Source: Cyanophora paradoxa CCMP329 (taxonomy: Eukaryota > Plantae > Glaucophyta). From it: a stretch of 64,000 nucleotides of DNA. The DNA lies in assembly GCA_004431415.1 (NCBI GenBank), contig QPMI01000571.1, forward strand, positions 1-64,000. The letters are read 5' to 3'. Shown here piece after piece: positions 62,401 through 64,000 of this stretch. A model generated the notes under the pieces. The model did not search any database, was not told the DNA's origin, and saw nothing but the letters and a program-made list of their open reading frames with translations. Position 1 is the first letter of the stretch. Every line of letters begins with the position of its first letter. The position numbers and the translations under genes were made by a program.

Positions 62401-62470
62401 CGCGCTGCCCATCTCTAGATCTTCCGGGGCGCTGCTGCGAGCGCGGCCGAAGCTGGAGTGCGAGTGCCAT
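53365..62470 (-). CDS. NLR-like STAND protein: helical/ARM-like N-terminus, NACHT NTPase, pentapeptide repeats and degenerate WD40-like repeats
   Basis: Walker A LLIAGEPGSSKST (about 59420-59458), Walker B LVLLLDAYDEL, sensor VVVTCR and ENPFTLK. Pentapeptides GADLRDADLTGCGLQEANLAGADLRGARL (about 57125-57250). WD-like FAVWDVQ, LRVYDMN and YVCVWDVE. The termini are approximate. Confidence 0.8.
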
Positions 62471-62751
62471 GCTGCGCTCTCACTCGGATCGTCGCAGGGG
62501 TGACGGCAGGAAAACCAAGCGGCGCGGCCGCGAAGACGCTGTACCCGACCAAAACCGGCTTGAAGGCTTGGCGGATCAAATTTCGTCGCGCGCGCGCGCC
62601 GCGGCGCGTTACGGCATCGCTTGCGAAACACTAGATCTGCCGCTAGCTATTTGTTCACGACAGCGTTTTCTAGCCTGCAGGCCACGGCCTATTGTTAACG
62701 TTACAGCACAACGGTGTCGCGTGCCGACCGCGGGCGGGCGGCGCGCTGGTA

Positions 62752-64000
62752 CTAGTGGGACCCCAAAGCGGCGGCGGCGGCAGCGGCGGCGGCGGCGGCT
62801 CGGCGGCCCTTGGCCTTGGACATCCCCTCCTTCGTCTCGCGGAGCACGTGGTCGATCATCTGCACCCGCCTGCGCGCGCGCAGCGCCGCCCCCCAGCCCC
62901 GCGCCCTCAGCTGTGCCGAGCGAGGGGGCGGGGGCGCGCGCGCGCACTTGGACTCTTCCTCCGCCACCTCCGCCTGCGGAAAACCAAGACCTAGGCGTCA
63001 GATCCGAGCCCAAGCCAAGCCGAGCTAAGCGAGCGCTAGGTACGAAGTCTCAGCGAAGCGCGCGCCATCTTCGCGAAGGCCTCGCGGAGGCGGCCGAGGC
63101 GCTTCCAGTCGGTGACGTTCTCGAGGGCGCGCTCGAGCTCCTCGACCTGCGCCCGCTTCTCCGCCACGCCCTGCAGGAGCTCCTCCTTCTCCCGCAGGAG
63201 TGCCCCCAGCTTGTTCGCCAGGTTCTGCCCCGCTCTCGCGCGTGAGTCCGCGGGACGGGAAGCTTAAGGCGGGGGGCACGGGTCGGGGCGCGCCTCGAGG
63301 TTCGTCTCGAGGGTGCCGCGCCGCCCGCGCTCCTCCTCCAGCTTCTGCGGCCGGGCTCGAACCAAGGCAAGGCGAGATCAAATTCAGATCAAATCTCCGA
63401 CTGACCTGCTGGATCTCGGCGAGGGCCCGCTCCTGCTCGGCGTGCTGCCTCTGGAAGGCGGCCCGCTCCTGCGCGACCGCCGCCTCCCGCTCCGCCAGCG
63501 CCGCCTCCGCCCGCCGCAGCTCCCGGATCGTCTCCTGCTCCCGCCGCTCCGCCGCCTCCACCGCGCTCTTCAGCTCCGCGTTCTCCTCCTGGTAGCGCCC
63601 CACCTGCCTCGTGAAAGCCGACGTGATCTGCGCAGACCGGGGCCCCTGAGCTCAGCCAAGAAGACTTCTACCCCCGCACAAGAGAGAGATCTAATTTTAG
63701 CACCTCGTGGAGGTCCTGGGTGAGGGCCTCCTTCTCGCGGCGCCGGGCCGCCTCCTTCTCGGCGAGCTCGTGGTGGAGGGCCAGGACCCTGCAGGCAGGC
63801 CCGGCCGGCCGGCCCTCAGCTCCCAAGCAGCCGGCTACTAACAAATTTTAGCGCGCACTGGGTGTCCATGCCGAGGGTCTCGCTGTGGAGGAGGGCGACC
63901 TTGCGCCGGTACTCGTCCGTCTGCGACTTGATCCGCTCGAGCTCGGAGCCGAACTCGACCATGATGGGCGGCCGGCAGTCGTGGGGCACGCCCCCGGGGG
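62752..64000 (-). CDS. Coiled-coil protein, 3' part only (continues beyond the window)
   Basis: E/R/A-rich heptad exons (YQEENAELKSAVEAAERREQETIRELRRAEAALAERE; LLREKEELLQGVAEKRAQVEELERALE) separated by short introns. Stop TAG at 62754-62752. Confidence 0.7.

Noticed and set aside
1-64000. Most listed six-frame ORFs; tRNA/rRNA genes
   Set aside because: High GC creates long shadow ORFs and intron read-throughs, and no tRNA or rRNA signature was seen.

Overview
This is GC-rich eukaryotic (alga/protist-type) nuclear DNA with many short introns of about 50-90 nt. The organism cannot be fixed from sequence alone. The genes, left to right, are: WDR26/GID7 (-), an F-box protein (+), a multi-pass GT-C-like membrane protein (-), a DJ-1/Hsp31-like protein lacking the catalytic Cys (+), a 7xCUB/Ser-Pro-rich surface receptor (+), a giant polycystin-1-like REJ/GAIN-GPS surface protein with no channel domain (-), an intronless 4-TM protein (+), a NACHT-pentapeptide-WD40 NLR-like protein (-) and a partial coiled-coil gene (-). 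Two transposon nests (17.6-22.5 kb and 49.4-51.2 kb) can be reconstructed to the base using empty-site copies in the window. They contain a self-nested non-autonomous Helitron-like element (5'-TC, asymmetric IRs, hairpin, CTTG-3'), 5'-truncated poly(A) retroelements and a hAT MITE. Two signals are the most unusual. First, a fold-back/template-switch process appears to rewrite non-coding DNA into micro-palindrome patches, visible by comparing repeat copies. Second, GC-AG introns are very frequent. All gene models were spliced by hand, so termini are approximate.
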